Of a stretch of 64,000 bases of DNA, positions 40,336-53,162 are shown one piece after another; position 1 is the first letter of the stretch, and every line of letters begins with the position of its first letter. The notes beneath the pieces are model-generated. The model searched no databases. It was not told the DNA's origin and saw only the letters and a program-made list of their open reading frames with translations. The translations under genes were made by a program, and so were the position numbers. The stretch covers positions 53,134,001 through 53,198,000 of the forward strand of contig OX597832.1 in assembly GCA_951406725.2 (NCBI GenBank), in the 5' to 3' direction. The DNA is from Octopus vulgaris (lineage: Eukaryota).

Positions 40336-41187
40336 ACTTTTTATATTGTTGAGCTTGTTTCATATAGTTTCATACAAAATACTATTAATACCTTACCGTC
40401 TGATTAACCTTTTGCCTAACCTGTTCTGTGCATCACATGTGATACTCAGGGCATATTTTCCTGGCGTCCATGCATCATATTATGATACACATTTCCATTG
40501 TTTTTTGACCACCAAAGTAATTTGTGGCTTACGAAAAGAAAGCTTTGTGTAACTCAGAACAACTGGAACGATAATTAACTAAGTCTTAAAACATGCATGG
40601 ACGTTTAAGACGAACTGATGGAAATACTTTGGACAAGCAAAAGGTTAATAAGTTAACTCCCACTAGAGGTTTAAATATTGACTGACGAACCGAATCTCCT
40701 GGTCGGGATATTAGATGTGTGTTTTCAAAATGAGGGAAACTATTTAGAGATCAAATATATTGCAGAGGGTGAAATGTTCAACCCCAAAAACTATCTAAAA
40801 TATTATATTACAGAGACATAGGATGAGAATCAGTCGACATAGAAGGTAAGCTTGATCCATCGCTCAGTTTGGTACTGCCAATTAGCCCTTAACATACCTT
40901 TAACCAAGCAGTCAAGACAAGTCCCCGATCAAAAGATGACATCGTCCTTCGTCCCACCAGCCTTGGAGCGTCTGAAAAAATATGGCTGCCATTGCATGTT
41001 CTCTTCTCACTAAGCAATAAACAAAATCCTAAAACAACTGCCATTATCTCTCCTTGAAGGTAAATGACTTAAGCCGGGATGCTAGATCTATGTTCTCTGG
41101 TGGTAGGATTAAACTTCGGTGTTGTAAATTGAAAATATATTGGGTTAAGATTCAAGCTTTATCTCTATTAGCTTGTTTTATGTAAAA

Positions 41188-42002
41188 CTAGCAGTATAAC
41201 CCGGCCTTGTTCGGGATTAAGTTACGATTATTAAGCTAATCAAGTTCTTTATTTCAAACAAAACTAATATCAACTCTCAACAAAACACTTTTTTACTCGG
41301 CGTAAAATAAAAACAAAACTCTTTCGCACCTAAAGTAATGTGTGTGCGAGAGAGAGAGAGTGGGGGAGGATGAACGATTTAAAATAAATATATTGTAATT
41401 GTTGTGTGAGAAAGTATATATACTATGATTATAAAATATAGTGTCTTTCAAAAACATCCTGAATTTGAACACTATATCTCGTGTTTAAGAAAAAATAAAA
41501 TATTTTACATTTTATTTTTTATGAACGTCGTCACTTACTCTCTTTCTCTCTCTCCCTCTCCCTATCTCTCATTTTGTCTTTCCCTTTTTTTGTTTAGACG
41601 CCGTGAAACTCTCTTTCACCTTTCTTTATCTTCTTTTTTTTGTTAGACGCCGTCAAAAAGCTATGGCTGAAAATAGATTCTTATGAATGTCGTCACTTAC
41701 TCTTACTCTCTCCTTCTCTCACTTTGTCTTTCCCGTGAAACTCTCTGCCCCTCTTCCACTTTTCTTTATCTTATTTTTTTTTGTTAGACGCCGTCAAAAA
41801 GCTGTGGCTGATATTTTTTATGGCTAAAAGCTATGGCTGAAAATAGAATTTTACCGCTATCCACGGGTGTCTCGAGAAAAAAATAAGTTGACAAACCCAG
41901 ATAGGGTTTTGACGAATGTCCTAAAATTTGAGCGACATGCGTGAATGTGCATAAACTACAATCACACACACACACACACATCTTGCCTTATATATATACA
42001 GA
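41188..42002 (-). mobile_element. Non-autonomous Helitron
   Basis: 5' TCTGTATATATATAAG, 3' CCCGAACAAGGCCGGG...CTAG, A|T site, internal tandem subrepeats. Confidence 0.8.
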
Positions 42003-42791
42003 TATAACAAATAACTGATAATATTGAATAAAGAAAATTTTGCATATACTAGAAGAAATGCCACCCACTTTATGCAATATTTATATTACCTTCTGGTATA
42101 TACAGGGCCAAATTGTCCAATGGGTGATTTCCTAACTTGTAAAGAAAGATCAGAATCTAATAAAGGCAATGTTTCATTTTATGGTCGAGAAAGTGAAGCC
42201 ATTGAATTGAACAGTGATTGTCATTTGCCGGAAAATGAAAGAATTATTTGCTTTGAAACTAACAATTCATTTCAGATATATATGATGGACTCTCCTGTAG
42301 AAGACGACGTATGAGCGTTCAGCTTTTGCCGAATGACCTGCACAAATGATTTGTTCATAGTGATCAAATATATGGGCCTTACATTATTTCGCTCTCTTCA
42401 CCAAATGGACATTGTCTGGACAGGTACAGATGTACCATGTACCAGATGTCGAAGTGATCGCAGAGCAACGTGAAGTGAAGTGTTTTGCTCAAGACCACAA
42501 CGCACCACTCGCTCTAGGAATTGAAAAACACGATCGCTAGATCATGAGTGCAACACCCTAACCAGTGAGCTTCTATATTCTTTTAATTGTTTCAGTCATT
42601 TGACTGCATCCATGCTGGAGCACCGCTTTGAAGGGTTTTGGTCGAACAAACGAACTCAGAACTTATTTGTTAATGCCTAGTACTTATTCTATCGGTCTCT
42701 TTCTTCCGGACCGCTAAGTTACGGGGACGTAAACACACCAACACCAGTCGTGAAGTGGTAATGGTGGGGTGGGGAACAAACACAGACACGA

Positions 42792-42825
<34 letters not shown>

Positions 42826-43224
42826 TGGGCTTTCAGTTTCTATCTACCAAATGCACTCACAATGCTTTGGTTGGCCTGACGCTATAGTAGAAGACACTTT
42901 CCCAGCGTACTACACAGTGGGACTGAACCTGGAACCATGTGTTTGGGAAGCAAGCTTTTTACCACACAGCCATGCTGATGCTCAGGAAAAATGGATGAGT
43001 TTTTGATGTTTCGAACCTTTGCTCTTATACAGAACGGAATAAGGAAAGAAAACAATGGGGAAGGGAAAGAAAGCAGAGAGAGAAAAAAACGTGTCTGGAT
43101 TAACGGCTTCACATATGTATGTATGTAAAGGGAAAGTTTACGAAAATAAACAAAGGATGAAGGCAGGTGGAGTACAAACAAACAAATGTATTAGTATAGC
43201 GCTCAGGAATAGAAAAAGAAAAAG

Positions 43225-43262
43225 TCTTTTACGTTTCGAGCCTACGCTCTTCGACAGAAAGA
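43225..43262 (-). ncRNA. Minimal hammerhead-like motif with a variant core
   Basis: Minus strand reads TCTTT-CTGTCGA-A-GAGC-GTAG-GCTC-GAAAC-GTA-AAAGA. A6 is replaced by U. Confidence 0.55.
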
Positions 43263-44310
43263 TACACAGAAAAAAAGCAAGGAGAGAAACACGGAGAGAA
43301 AAAAATGCGTGTAGGAGCTAACGATCTATCATGGCATTCTATGTATGTATGTATGTATGTATGTATGTATGTATGTATGTATGTGTGTATGTATGTACAC
43401 GTATGTGTGCATGTATGCATGTGTGTATCACAAAGTATGATAAACACAAGACATTTTTGTTTCCTATGTGTATTTTACCATTGTGGTCATTCGCATCCTC
43501 TGAGGTTTGGATGCTGAACTTCAACAGTTCTTCAGAGGAACACCTTATTGCATTATATTTATACAGACCAAATGTTTGTTGTTCAGCATCCAATTGCACT
43601 TAGGACACCCACTACAGAGGATGCTTTAACCACAGTGGTAAAACATACATTGGGAAGAAACAATATAAACTGCAGCTTGTGTTTGTAGCGTAGAATCTAC
43701 ATATATATGCATTCGAACGTAGCAGGGACCAACTGGCCTTCAGCCGCTGTTTGTATCCCGTTGTGTCCACTACTCCAATTGGTTGGTATTGGCGCAATTT
43801 GTCTCTTACTCTGTAATGCCAGGTGACTGCAGATAGCGACTTTAGACAGCATCACATGAACAACCTTTTTCGAACCCTATTTCGAGCCTACTCCTTTCTA
43901 TAAAAACCCAGTTTTTTACTCATTATACATCTTTGGTTTCAGACCTTTTAAGGTCTAACCACTAACCACACAGCTAGCTCCAGCAACAACACCACAGCAG
44001 TCACGTTGAGACTTACCAACTCCGTCCAACAGCATTACGGCAACCTCCGTCTTTGTTGCCACCATCATCTTCTTAACATCGCCAACATCATCTCTCTATG
44101 TATACAACTCAACAAGCAACTCGCGCAGGTTCCAACACTTCTCTGTTTGTGAATTACTTAATCATTGATCAACAGTGAAGATACAACCTGCAAGAACTCC
44201 TGTACCAAGTGACCCAGGCAGCGGCATCACAGCCACAACTTCACCTACGATATGTACCTGTAACCAGCTCAGCATCATGACCGCAACTTCTTGATACAGT
44301 ATTTCAACTA

Positions 44311-44358
<48 letters not shown>

Positions 44359-44387
44359 TCATCTATATATATATATATATATATATA

Positions 44388-44418
<31 letters not shown>

Positions 44419-44830
44419 ATCTATATATATATCTATATATATATATATCTTTATTTCACCATCTCTTGCTCATTCTCTCCCTCCCCCTCTCTCCTTCTTT
44501 CTTGTCTTTTTCTATCCAAATGGATTTTTGAACTCAATATTTACATGTTATTGTTTACAGCTTTATTTACTTTAACTGGCATTGTTAAAAATCAAATTAC
44601 TTCACATTCTTTTGAAGATCCTAAATTCTCAATTCTCACTGGTAAGAATAAAGTTTCTAAAATAGAGAAATCTGAAAGAATGCTTTGGTCTAATGGTAGA
44701 ACATCTGTCATGTATACAAAACGTGGATTTGTGTCTCAAGTGCAGCCTTTGACTTTTTCAATCCAACTGGGTTTTTAACCCAATATTTATATTCCAATAT
44801 TTCTACCTTGAAAACGAATACATACATACA

Positions 44831-44866
<36 letters not shown>

Positions 44867-45069
44867 TATATATTTGAGTAGTTGAATGAATTATCTTATT
44901 AAGGATAATTCGAATTAACCGATACCTGGGTAGCAAATTCACATCAGAAAAAACACGGTTGAAGTTACGTGCCTAGGGCATAGATTACGTGCTTTCGTGT
45001 GGAAATGTGTATGTTTATTTTAAAATATAAATATATGAAAGAATGGAGCTGAACGACGAATTAACAAAA

Positions 45070-45168
45070 TTCCTTTATTTTCGACATATGTTTCGAAGGC
45101 TGCATATTCCTAATTGCGAAGGAATAAGGAGTACATTATGCCGCTTTCTCATCAGGAAAAGCAAGGAA
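45070..45168 (-). ncRNA. Type I hammerhead ribozyme with a long stem II, within a Penelope-like/retrozyme-type repeat
   Basis: Minus strand reads TTCCTTGCTTTTC-CTGATGA-GAAAGCGGCATA...TATGCAGCCTTC-GAAAC-ATAT-GTC-GAAAATAAAGGAA. Core is intact, stems I and II pair, and the stem III segment ACATATGT is palindromic. Confidence 0.85.
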
Positions 45169-46755
45169 CTTATGTCAACATCAAAATGCACAAAAAACTT
45201 TTAGATGATTGCTCACACGGAGCCCATGGCGATAATGTATATATATATATACATAGCTTATATTCATCATTAAAAATGAATACATATATACATAGCTTAA
45301 ATTCTGCATTAATTTGAAGGATCTTATTACATCTAAGTAATTTGTTTATTATTCAATATAATGATATAAATAGTTTCCATGTTTTTAAGTTATGAAACAA
45401 TTTGTTGTAATATTAGAATTTTCATCAAACTAGTTCTCTGTCATTTATGACTTTATCACTCCATATCATTTTCTCTTTTCTCTTGTTTTGTACTATATAC
45501 TCTTCGAGTTTGTAGAATGATACATTGAGAAGCTTTTTTAATGAGTACTAACAGATTACTTGAATCCATATAGTGTGACTTAAACATATATATATATATC
45601 TTTATATATATATATATATATATACACATATTTTATTTTCTCTTTTTTTCAGTCATTAGACTGTGGTTGTGGCCATGTTGGGGCACTGCCTTGAAGGATT
45701 TCAGTTGAACAAATTGATCCCAGTACTGAAGGTGATGGTATTGCCTAATCTCCTTTCTTCAAATTTGCTGGCCTTCTGCCTAAATAAGAAACCATTCTGT
45801 CACCGGCAAAGTATTTCCCACACCATAATAATTATTTATCCTAAAAAGGTGGCAAGCTGGCAGAAGCATTAGCATGCCAGGAAAAATGCTTAATCTCATT
45901 TTATCTGTCTTTATGTCCTGAGTTCAAATTCCATCAAGGTCAGCTTTGTCTTTCAGTCTTTCAGGGTCAATAAAATAAGTACCAGTCGAGTACTGGGGTG
46001 TGATGTAATCAACCAGCCCTACCCCTGCTCACCACAAAATTCCAGGTAGAAAGGATGAATATTATTTATCCTAAAGCTGCTGGAAGGTAACTTAACTTTT
46101 TTTAAATTTAGCAAGCTGGCAGTATTGTTAGCATACCAGACTAGATGCTTAGTGATATATCATCCACTTTTATGCTTCGAGTTAAAATGTCATCAAGGAT
46201 CACTTTGCCCTTCATGTTTTCAGGGTCGATGAAATAAATACCGGCTGAGCACTGGTATTGCTGTAATTGACTAGAATCCTCCACCGGAATTTCAGACCTT
46301 GTGCCTGTAATAGTATTATGTATCCTATGGAAATGGTATTGTAAAACGATGGGGGGCGGGGGGAGAAAGGGAAGAAAGAAAATTGTTTAAACAAATTCTT
46401 TGTTTATATTTTAAACTTTTCCAAAGTTGATCCTGCGGTGATTACCAGACAAGAAGGAAATGTTGGAGTCATTGGATCCATAGGTTTCTTAAATATTGTT
46501 GCAAACAGATGTTTTTATGTTCCACAAAATTTTTATTGACTCAACATTTTTTGTCTTTTTTTCTTGAAGTTTTGCCATTAATAAAAACAAAAGTCTTCAA
46601 CAATTTTCTGAAATTTAGCCAAAAGACATTTTTTGGTTTGTATGTAAAAGCAAATTAGATGGAAACCGGATGGGTATTATAGTTGTATACTAAATATGCT
46701 TTTGAAAGAAAAACTTTGGCCGTCCCAACATCATATTCTATTATATATATATAAC

Positions 46756-46927
46756 AGGCGCAAAAGTGGCTGTGTGGTAAGTAGCTTGTTTACCAACCAC
46801 ATGGTTCCGAGTTCAGTCCCCACTGCGTGGCACCTTGGGCAAGTGTCTTCTACTATAGCCTCGGGCTGACCAAAGCCTTGTGAGTGGATTTGGTAGACAG
46901 AAACTGAAAGAAGCCCGTCGTATATAA

Positions 46928-46991
<64 letters not shown>

Positions 46992-47201
46992 TTGTGTGTC
47001 TGTGTTTGTACCCCTAGCATTGCTTGACAACCGATGCTGGTGTGTTTATGTTCCCGTTACTTAGCGGTTCGGCAAAAGAGACCGATAGAATAAGTACTGG
47101 GCTTACAAAAGAATAAGTCCTCGGGGTCGAGTTGCTCGATTAAAGGCGGTGCTCCAGCATGGCCGCAGTCAAATGACTGAAACAAGTAAAAGAGTAAAAG
47201 A

Positions 47202-47203
<2 letters not shown>
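46756..47203 (+). mobile_element. SINE family A
   Basis: Full-length young copy. Confidence 0.9.
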
Positions 47204-47264
<61 letters not shown>

Positions 47265-47463
47265 CAATAAGAAAATGGAGGGGATCAATAGGTGGTATTC
47301 ATCAACTTTTAGACATTATATTATGTCAACTTATTTATTTATTTACTAAACTGACAATTACAAGAATATACATACATGTACAATATATTATGCTTTACAT
47401 ATAAAATATAAAATATAAAATAATTATTACAATATAACATACAAGAATATAAATTGGGAAAAT

Positions 47464-47504
<41 letters not shown>

Positions 47505-48044
47505 TCCTTCATGTGTGGGATGCAGGAGAATATTCAGCATGTTGCATGTCTTGTTTCTCTGTTTGTTTGTTTTTTGTTCGAAAAAAAGATCGTTTTCTAT
47601 GTTTTTGTTTTTATGTTTTCGTTTCTCATTGTGTTCAACGTTTTTTTGATGTCCCGTACCCCTATATGCATGTATATATACATATATATGTAGGTATGTA
47701 CATATATGTATGCATATATGCATATCATATATATATATATATATAGGAAAAAAGCAAGAAGAATGGATCAATATTTCGGTACAATTGTTTCGTACAAAGA
47801 CATCTTTAATCACCCCACTTTGTCGTATGGTTAACACCATATAGATTTCTGGTGCATCCAAGTTAAGTACCATATTCATGTAAATTCAACAGAACTCACT
47901 TAATTGCTTGTACCTATATATATATATATATATACACTCACACACACACATATATATAAATATATATACATATATGTATGTATATATATATGTATATAGA
48001 CGAATAGGTAAATAAATGGAGTTGAACGAAGATGTTAATGAAAT

Positions 48045-48138
48045 TCTTTCACTTTTGACATATGTTTCGAAGACAACATGGTTTTATTCCAAAGGAATAA
48101 ATGGTGTAAGATGCAATCTTCTCATCAGGAATGAAAGA
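48045..48138 (-). ncRNA. Type I hammerhead ribozyme, diverged paralog of 45070-45168
   Basis: Minus strand reads TCTTTCATTC-CTGATGA-GAAGATTGCAT...ATGTTGTCTTC-GAAAC-ATAT-GTC-AAAAGTGAAAGA. The flanks are homologous to those of the 45 kb copy. Confidence 0.8.
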
Positions 48139-48559
48139 GAGCCTATGTCAACAACAAGACATTATAACAATTATGATGACTGCCTATATGATAAACAGAA
48201 CATTATTAAGTATTTAAAAAAAACTGTTTGTAGATTTGACGTCAAAGGCAGATAATAGGAAGAGAAGGGTTAAAGAAATAATAAGTAGAGAACAAATAAG
48301 GAGGGAGGGATAAGTTGATTAAAATGTATATATGTATATATATATATATATATATATTAGGGAGTATAACTCCAAACTTACAGGGAAAAATTCAATTTAT
48401 TATTAAATCAAATTTCACAATATAAATATATAAAATATAAATTAGAGATAAAACCACTATTATGCAACTCATCATTCATTTTTATACTTTTTGAGATCTA
48501 GTTATATATTTTATAAAAATATATATTATTTGTTATTTATGTTTTGGTTTATGTCTATC

Positions 48560-49751
48560 ACTGAGATAGGACCACCTTTGACAATAATTATAGCTTGAAT
48601 TCTACGAAGTATGGACTTGTACAAAGTTTGAATTGTTTCCAAAGTAATTTTTGTCCATTCTTCAGCTAAAACAGTCTCCAGTTCTTGTAGTGATGATGGT
48701 GGAGGATATCGACTCCTTACTTGTTTTTCTAAAATGCACCATAAATGTTCTATAATATTGAGTACTGGGGACTGTGGTGGCCAGATAAGATGTTCAACTT
48801 CACTAGAATGTTCCCTTGTGCCATTCAGTAACAACTTAAGCTGTGTGAATTGGTGCATTATCATCCTGAAAGATTGCGTTTCCCTCCAGAAACAGTTCCA
48901 CAACCATAGAATGAATTTGACCAGATAAAATGCTTAAATAGTCTTTACTATTAATTCTGCCATGAAGGGAAACCATTGGGCCAGCAGGTTTCCAAGATAT
49001 AGCCCCCAGATCATCATAGATCCTCCTCCATGTTTAACAGTTGGAAGAAGGCAGTCTGGGTCAAATGCCCCTTTTGGCTGTCTCCCCATGTATACTTGGC
49101 CGGTGGTCGAAAATAGGCTAAAGGATGATTTGTCCGAGAAAATAACATTCTTCCACTACTCTAGGGACCAATTCTGTAAGTTATTACTCCACTCTACTTT
49201 TTGAAAGAAGTGGTTTTCTGATTGTAGCCCTCCCATGAAATCCAGCTTTGTGCAGCTCCCGGCAAACAGTTTGTGTGGAAACTGGGTTCTCGAGGTAGTT
49301 ATTAAGCTCTGCAGTAATTTTGGGAGCTGTACTTTTGTGATCCTTTCTAAAATTTTGCATAAGAGTCCAACAGTCCCTATCTGAAAGTTTTGGTTTTCTT
49401 CTGGAGTTTTGTTTCAACGAGGAGGTTTTTCCCTCTTTCTCAAAGGCTGTCATTACTTTTAAGACAGTACTTCTTGATACACCAAACATTTCAGCTGTTT
49501 TTGTTATGCTAGTGCCTGCCATATGAGCACCAACAATTTGACCTCTTTGAAAGTCTGATAAATCTGTCATATTAGTGAATTTTAATTACTTTTTTCTGAT
49601 AATATCTGAAAAGAAACAGCAATTTTAGCAAAACATATTAAGCAACACTAATAATAAACCAAAACACATAAAAATATACAAACAGTTGACAGTTTTATAG
49701 ATATTTCAAAATTATGATGCTAGGCGTTTCCATTATTTTGTCCAACCCCTG
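48560..49751 (-). mobile_element. Tc1-like transposon, transposase pseudogene
   Basis: TA|CAGGGGTTGGACAAAATAATGGAAAC left TIR. MTDLSDFQRGQIVGA, FQDDNAPIH and WPPQSPVLNIIEHLW, with stops and frameshifts. The right TIR is missing. Confidence 0.9.
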
Positions 49752-49944
49752 TATGTGTGTACATCATACCATCTATGAGAACTGAATGAATAGGCCACCT
49801 GAAGTCATCTTCTGACAACTCAATAATATTGTCCACTCCAAAATATTCCATTTCTTTAATCTTGATGTACTTAACCCGCCTTCTCCCTATGTTCTCCATT
49901 ACTATTTTTATATTCATCTTTTACTTTTAGCTTTATTTCACCAC

Positions 49945-50160
49945 CCCCTTCTTCTTCTTCTTCTCTTTCTTTCTTTCTTGTTGTTGTTGTTCTTTATTTC
50001 TCTCTTTCTTTCTTTCTTGTTGTTGTTGTTCTTCTTCTTCGGCTTCCTCCTCCTCCTCCCCCTTTCTTGTCCTCCCCTCTTCCTTCTCCCCCCTCCTCCT
50101 TCTCTTCTTCTTCTTCTTCTTCTTCTTCTTCTTCTTCTTCTTCTTCTTCTTCTTCTTCTA
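49945..50160. repeat. Compound (CTT)n/(GTT)n/(CCT)n low-complexity tract
   Basis: Direct observation. Confidence 0.95.
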
Positions 50161-50440
50161 CACACATTCTTTTGTATTTATATATATATATATATATTGC
50201 TATCTAAAATTTTTGCTATTTAAGCAACCAGTAAAACATACATTTTTTTTTTCAGTTTGAAAATGGCCATTTGAAGCTTGAAACTCATAAACAAAGTAAC
50301 TCACTGTAAGCATTATTATTAACATAAAAAATTATCCCCTCCTCCCAAAAAGCCATCCCTACTCATTCTTTCAAATATATGTACCAAGAACTTTCTTTGT
50401 ATTGTTCTACTATATATATATATATATATATATATACTAT

Positions 50441-50690
50441 GTGGAGGCACATGGCCTAGTGGTTAGAGCAGCGGACTCGCGGTCGAGGGATCGCGGGTTT
50501 GAATCTCACACCGGGTGATGTTTATGAGTGAAACACCTAAGCTCCACATGGTTCTGGCAGAAGGTAATGGTGAACCTCTGCTGACTCTTTCACCCCAACT
50601 TTCTCTCACTCTTTCCTCCTGCATCTTGCAGCTCACTTGTGACAGACCGGTGTCCCGTCCAGGTGGGGACCTATACGCCAAGGAACAAAC
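50441..50690 (+). mobile_element. tRNA-derived SINE family C
   Basis: TGGCCTAGTGGTTAGAGCAGCGGACTCGCGGTCGAGGGATCGCGGGTTTGAATCTC tRNA-like head with a TCG (Arg) anticodon-like loop. Copies at 27590-27890(-) and 37511(+). Relatives at 58950-59240(-) and 62570-62700(-). Confidence 0.8.
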
Positions 50691-50989
50691 AATATATATA
50701 TATAATACGTGAGGCTCCCACACAGTTTCTGTTTAACCAAGTTTACTCACAAGGCATTGGTCAGCTTGGGGGATATAGCAGAAGACACTCCTTACTTGCC
50801 CATGGTGTCACATAGATGGATAGTTGGATTGGACCCTAAACCATATGGTTGCAGAGTGAGTTTCACAACTACACTATCATGCTGGCACCCACCACACAGG
50901 CAGTCATCGGACATTTTCCAGACTCAAACAATATCATAATTAAGTTCAAGTGTAATTTACTGAAGACAATGTGCCAAAAATTGCTAATT

Positions 50990-51390
50990 GTAGGAGTGGC
51001 TGTGTGGTAAATAGCTTGCTTACAAACCACATGATTCCAGGTTCAGTCCCACTGCGTGGAACCTTGGGCAAGTTTCTTCCACTATAGCCTCAGGCCGACC
51101 AAAGCCTTGTGAGTGGATTTGGTAGACGGAAAACTGAAAGAAGCCTGTTGTATATACATAGATATATATGTGTGTGTTTGTGTGTCTGTGTTTGTCCCCC
51201 CCAACATCGCTTGACAACCGATGCTGGTGTGTTTATGTCCCCGTAACTTAGCGGTTCGGCAAAAGAGACCGATAGAATAAGTACTAGGCTTACAAAGAAT
51301 AAGTCCTGGGGTCGATTTGCTCGACTAAAGGCAGTGCTCCAGCATGGCCGCAGTCAAATGACTGAAACAAGTAAAAGAGTAAAGAGAGTA
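50990..51390 (+). mobile_element. SINE family A
   Basis: Full-length young copy. Confidence 0.9.
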
Positions 51391-52130
51391 AATTAATTGA
51401 AAGTTCTTTCTTAGTGTGTGTGTGTATGTGGGGGAGATTTACTTAGCTACACCCAGAAAGAAAGAAAGAAAGAAAGAAAAAAAAACAATCTAATTTCAGA
51501 AAATTAAGAATTAATCTTTCCCTGCTTAGAACATCTGATGCTTACAAATAAGGGGAAGTAAATATGGGAAACAGACATATTTCAGTCTATTAAATGTCAT
51601 TGGCTTAGTTAATCATTTCGTAACTAACCAAGCCACAATAATTTGCATAATAAAAATACAATGAGCGAAGGGAACTAACTCATGTATGTGAATGTTAGAT
51701 TTAGAGCAGTGACATAAAAATTAAGACTTGTGGGACTTTCTGAACGACACGCCTAACGAAAAATTACTTCGAAATTTTTTTTTTTGTTTAGAGTAATGCA
51801 GCCCGCCTGATGATAAGTCATATCTCACGCGGACCGCTTCTTGACAAAGGTTGCTCATGCCTGATTTAGACTATATTAGCTGATGAGGTCTGACAGACTT
51901 GTTCCATGGTTATCTCTTAACTACAAAGACTAAATTTTCTTTTGCCGAATTATCGAAATAAAACTTAAATTCCTGGAAAATTACCCACCCCCTTCTCCAC
52001 TATGTATTTAGATCCTTCTTTCCAACTAACTTGAAAAAAAGACTTTATAATCAATTTGTAGATTTTTGTATAACAATTCACTACATCTTCCTCTAAATTC
52101 ATGGCAAAAGTCCATTTGAGTAATTTTCCT

Positions 52131-52492
52131 TATTACCTCTGCCTTCTAAGGCGGAGGTATTGTTTTCAGTCGTGTTTGTTTGTTTGTTTGTCTGTGGACA
52201 AGATATCTCAAGAACCACTGGATGGATTCAGATGAAACTTTCAGGGACGTTTGCCCTTGTGACTGGCACGAACTGATTAGATTTTGGGATCGATCCGGTA
52301 CCGGGCAAGGATTCTGGATTATTTGCCCGATTTTTTTCTTTTACTTAATTTTTGAGAGCGGTCGGGTATTCTCGTTAGTGAGAGCAGTTGAGTTTATTTC
52401 AGATATTCTCATTTCAAAAACCATCTCCAGTTAATCGTTGAGAGGACGTCGGTGTTGCCTTGGCGGAGGTTCGCGCTCTCTGAGGGCTCCTG
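52131..52492 (+). mobile_element. Helentron-associated non-autonomous element (HINE/DINE-1-like)
   Basis: 5' TACCTCTGCC with a nearby inverted GGCGGAGGTA, a (GTTT)n/GTCT microsatellite, a 3' subterminal GGCGGAGGT and a short terminal stem-loop. Confidence 0.7.
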
Positions 52493-52699
52493 TTTTACAT
52501 TTAAATTCATGTTCATTAATGTAACAGATACGTCTTCGTTCCGATTTCCATCAGAAATACCTTAACATTTTCAGTTGTTCAAAATATTTTTCTAGTTTCA
52601 CAAGTCACAATCTCAAATTACCCAAACACTTGGTTCTTTGAATGGTTTGAAAACCCAATTCAAATATTTGTCGTAAAAACAAACATAATATTAATGCTT

Positions 52700-52939
52700 A
52701 CCGAAGCATTATTGTTATATCTTTGAAAGATTTTTATAAAAAATATTTTTTTTCTTAGTTCGTTTAATGGATCTTTACCTAAAGATACCGTTTAATTCAT
52801 TAAAGCAATTCTATCAGAAAGATCAAATACGTAAAAGCGGGATTGACGGTGTCGAGAAAAATAGTTTCACCGGAAATTCTCGTGAAACGAGGCAGAAAGT
52901 GGAATCGGTGTTGGCCAGAAGCGCTGGCTTCACACCATT
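52700..52939. promoter_or_regulatory. Probable promoter/5' UTR of the rhodanese gene, possibly bidirectional
   Basis: Repeat-free, CpG-enriched segment just before the ATG at 52940. A minus-strand donor CG|GTAAGC lies at 52701. Confidence 0.4.
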
Positions 52940-53162
52940 ATGTCGACTCTTCAGCTCCGGCTGGTACCATTCTTGGCTAGAACTTTAAAGCTTCAAAATG
53001 GGTGTCGAATGTCAGCAGTGTACCGTTTACCCCAGCACAAATACAAAGCTAAAACAACTTCCTTCTCTCCGAACTACAGAAAGTTTAATTCCATAGCCAA
53101 CAACAACAATATTTACCGACAAAACTCGGCCACCGCCAGCTTGCTCCTTGTTTCTACTCAAG
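52940..53162 (+). CDS. Rhodanese-domain (TSTD-like thiosulfate sulfurtransferase) gene, exon 1, probable mitochondrial presequence
   Basis: MSTLQLRLVPFLARTLKLQ... is rich in R/K/S/L with no acidic residues. Donor CAAG|GTTAGT in phase 1 matches the phase of the next exon. Lies in unique, CpG-containing sequence. Confidence 0.7.

Noticed and set aside
47772-47915. Half hammerhead (GAAACAATTGTA on the minus strand)
   Set aside because: No CUGANGA found upstream; the segment is truncated by (TA)n.
49938-50223. Protamine-like poly-Arg and poly-Leu ORFs
   Set aside because: (CTT)n microsatellite translation.
50441-50515. tRNA-Arg-like sequence
   Set aside because: SINE head: the acceptor stem is not closed and the sequence continues into the SINE body.
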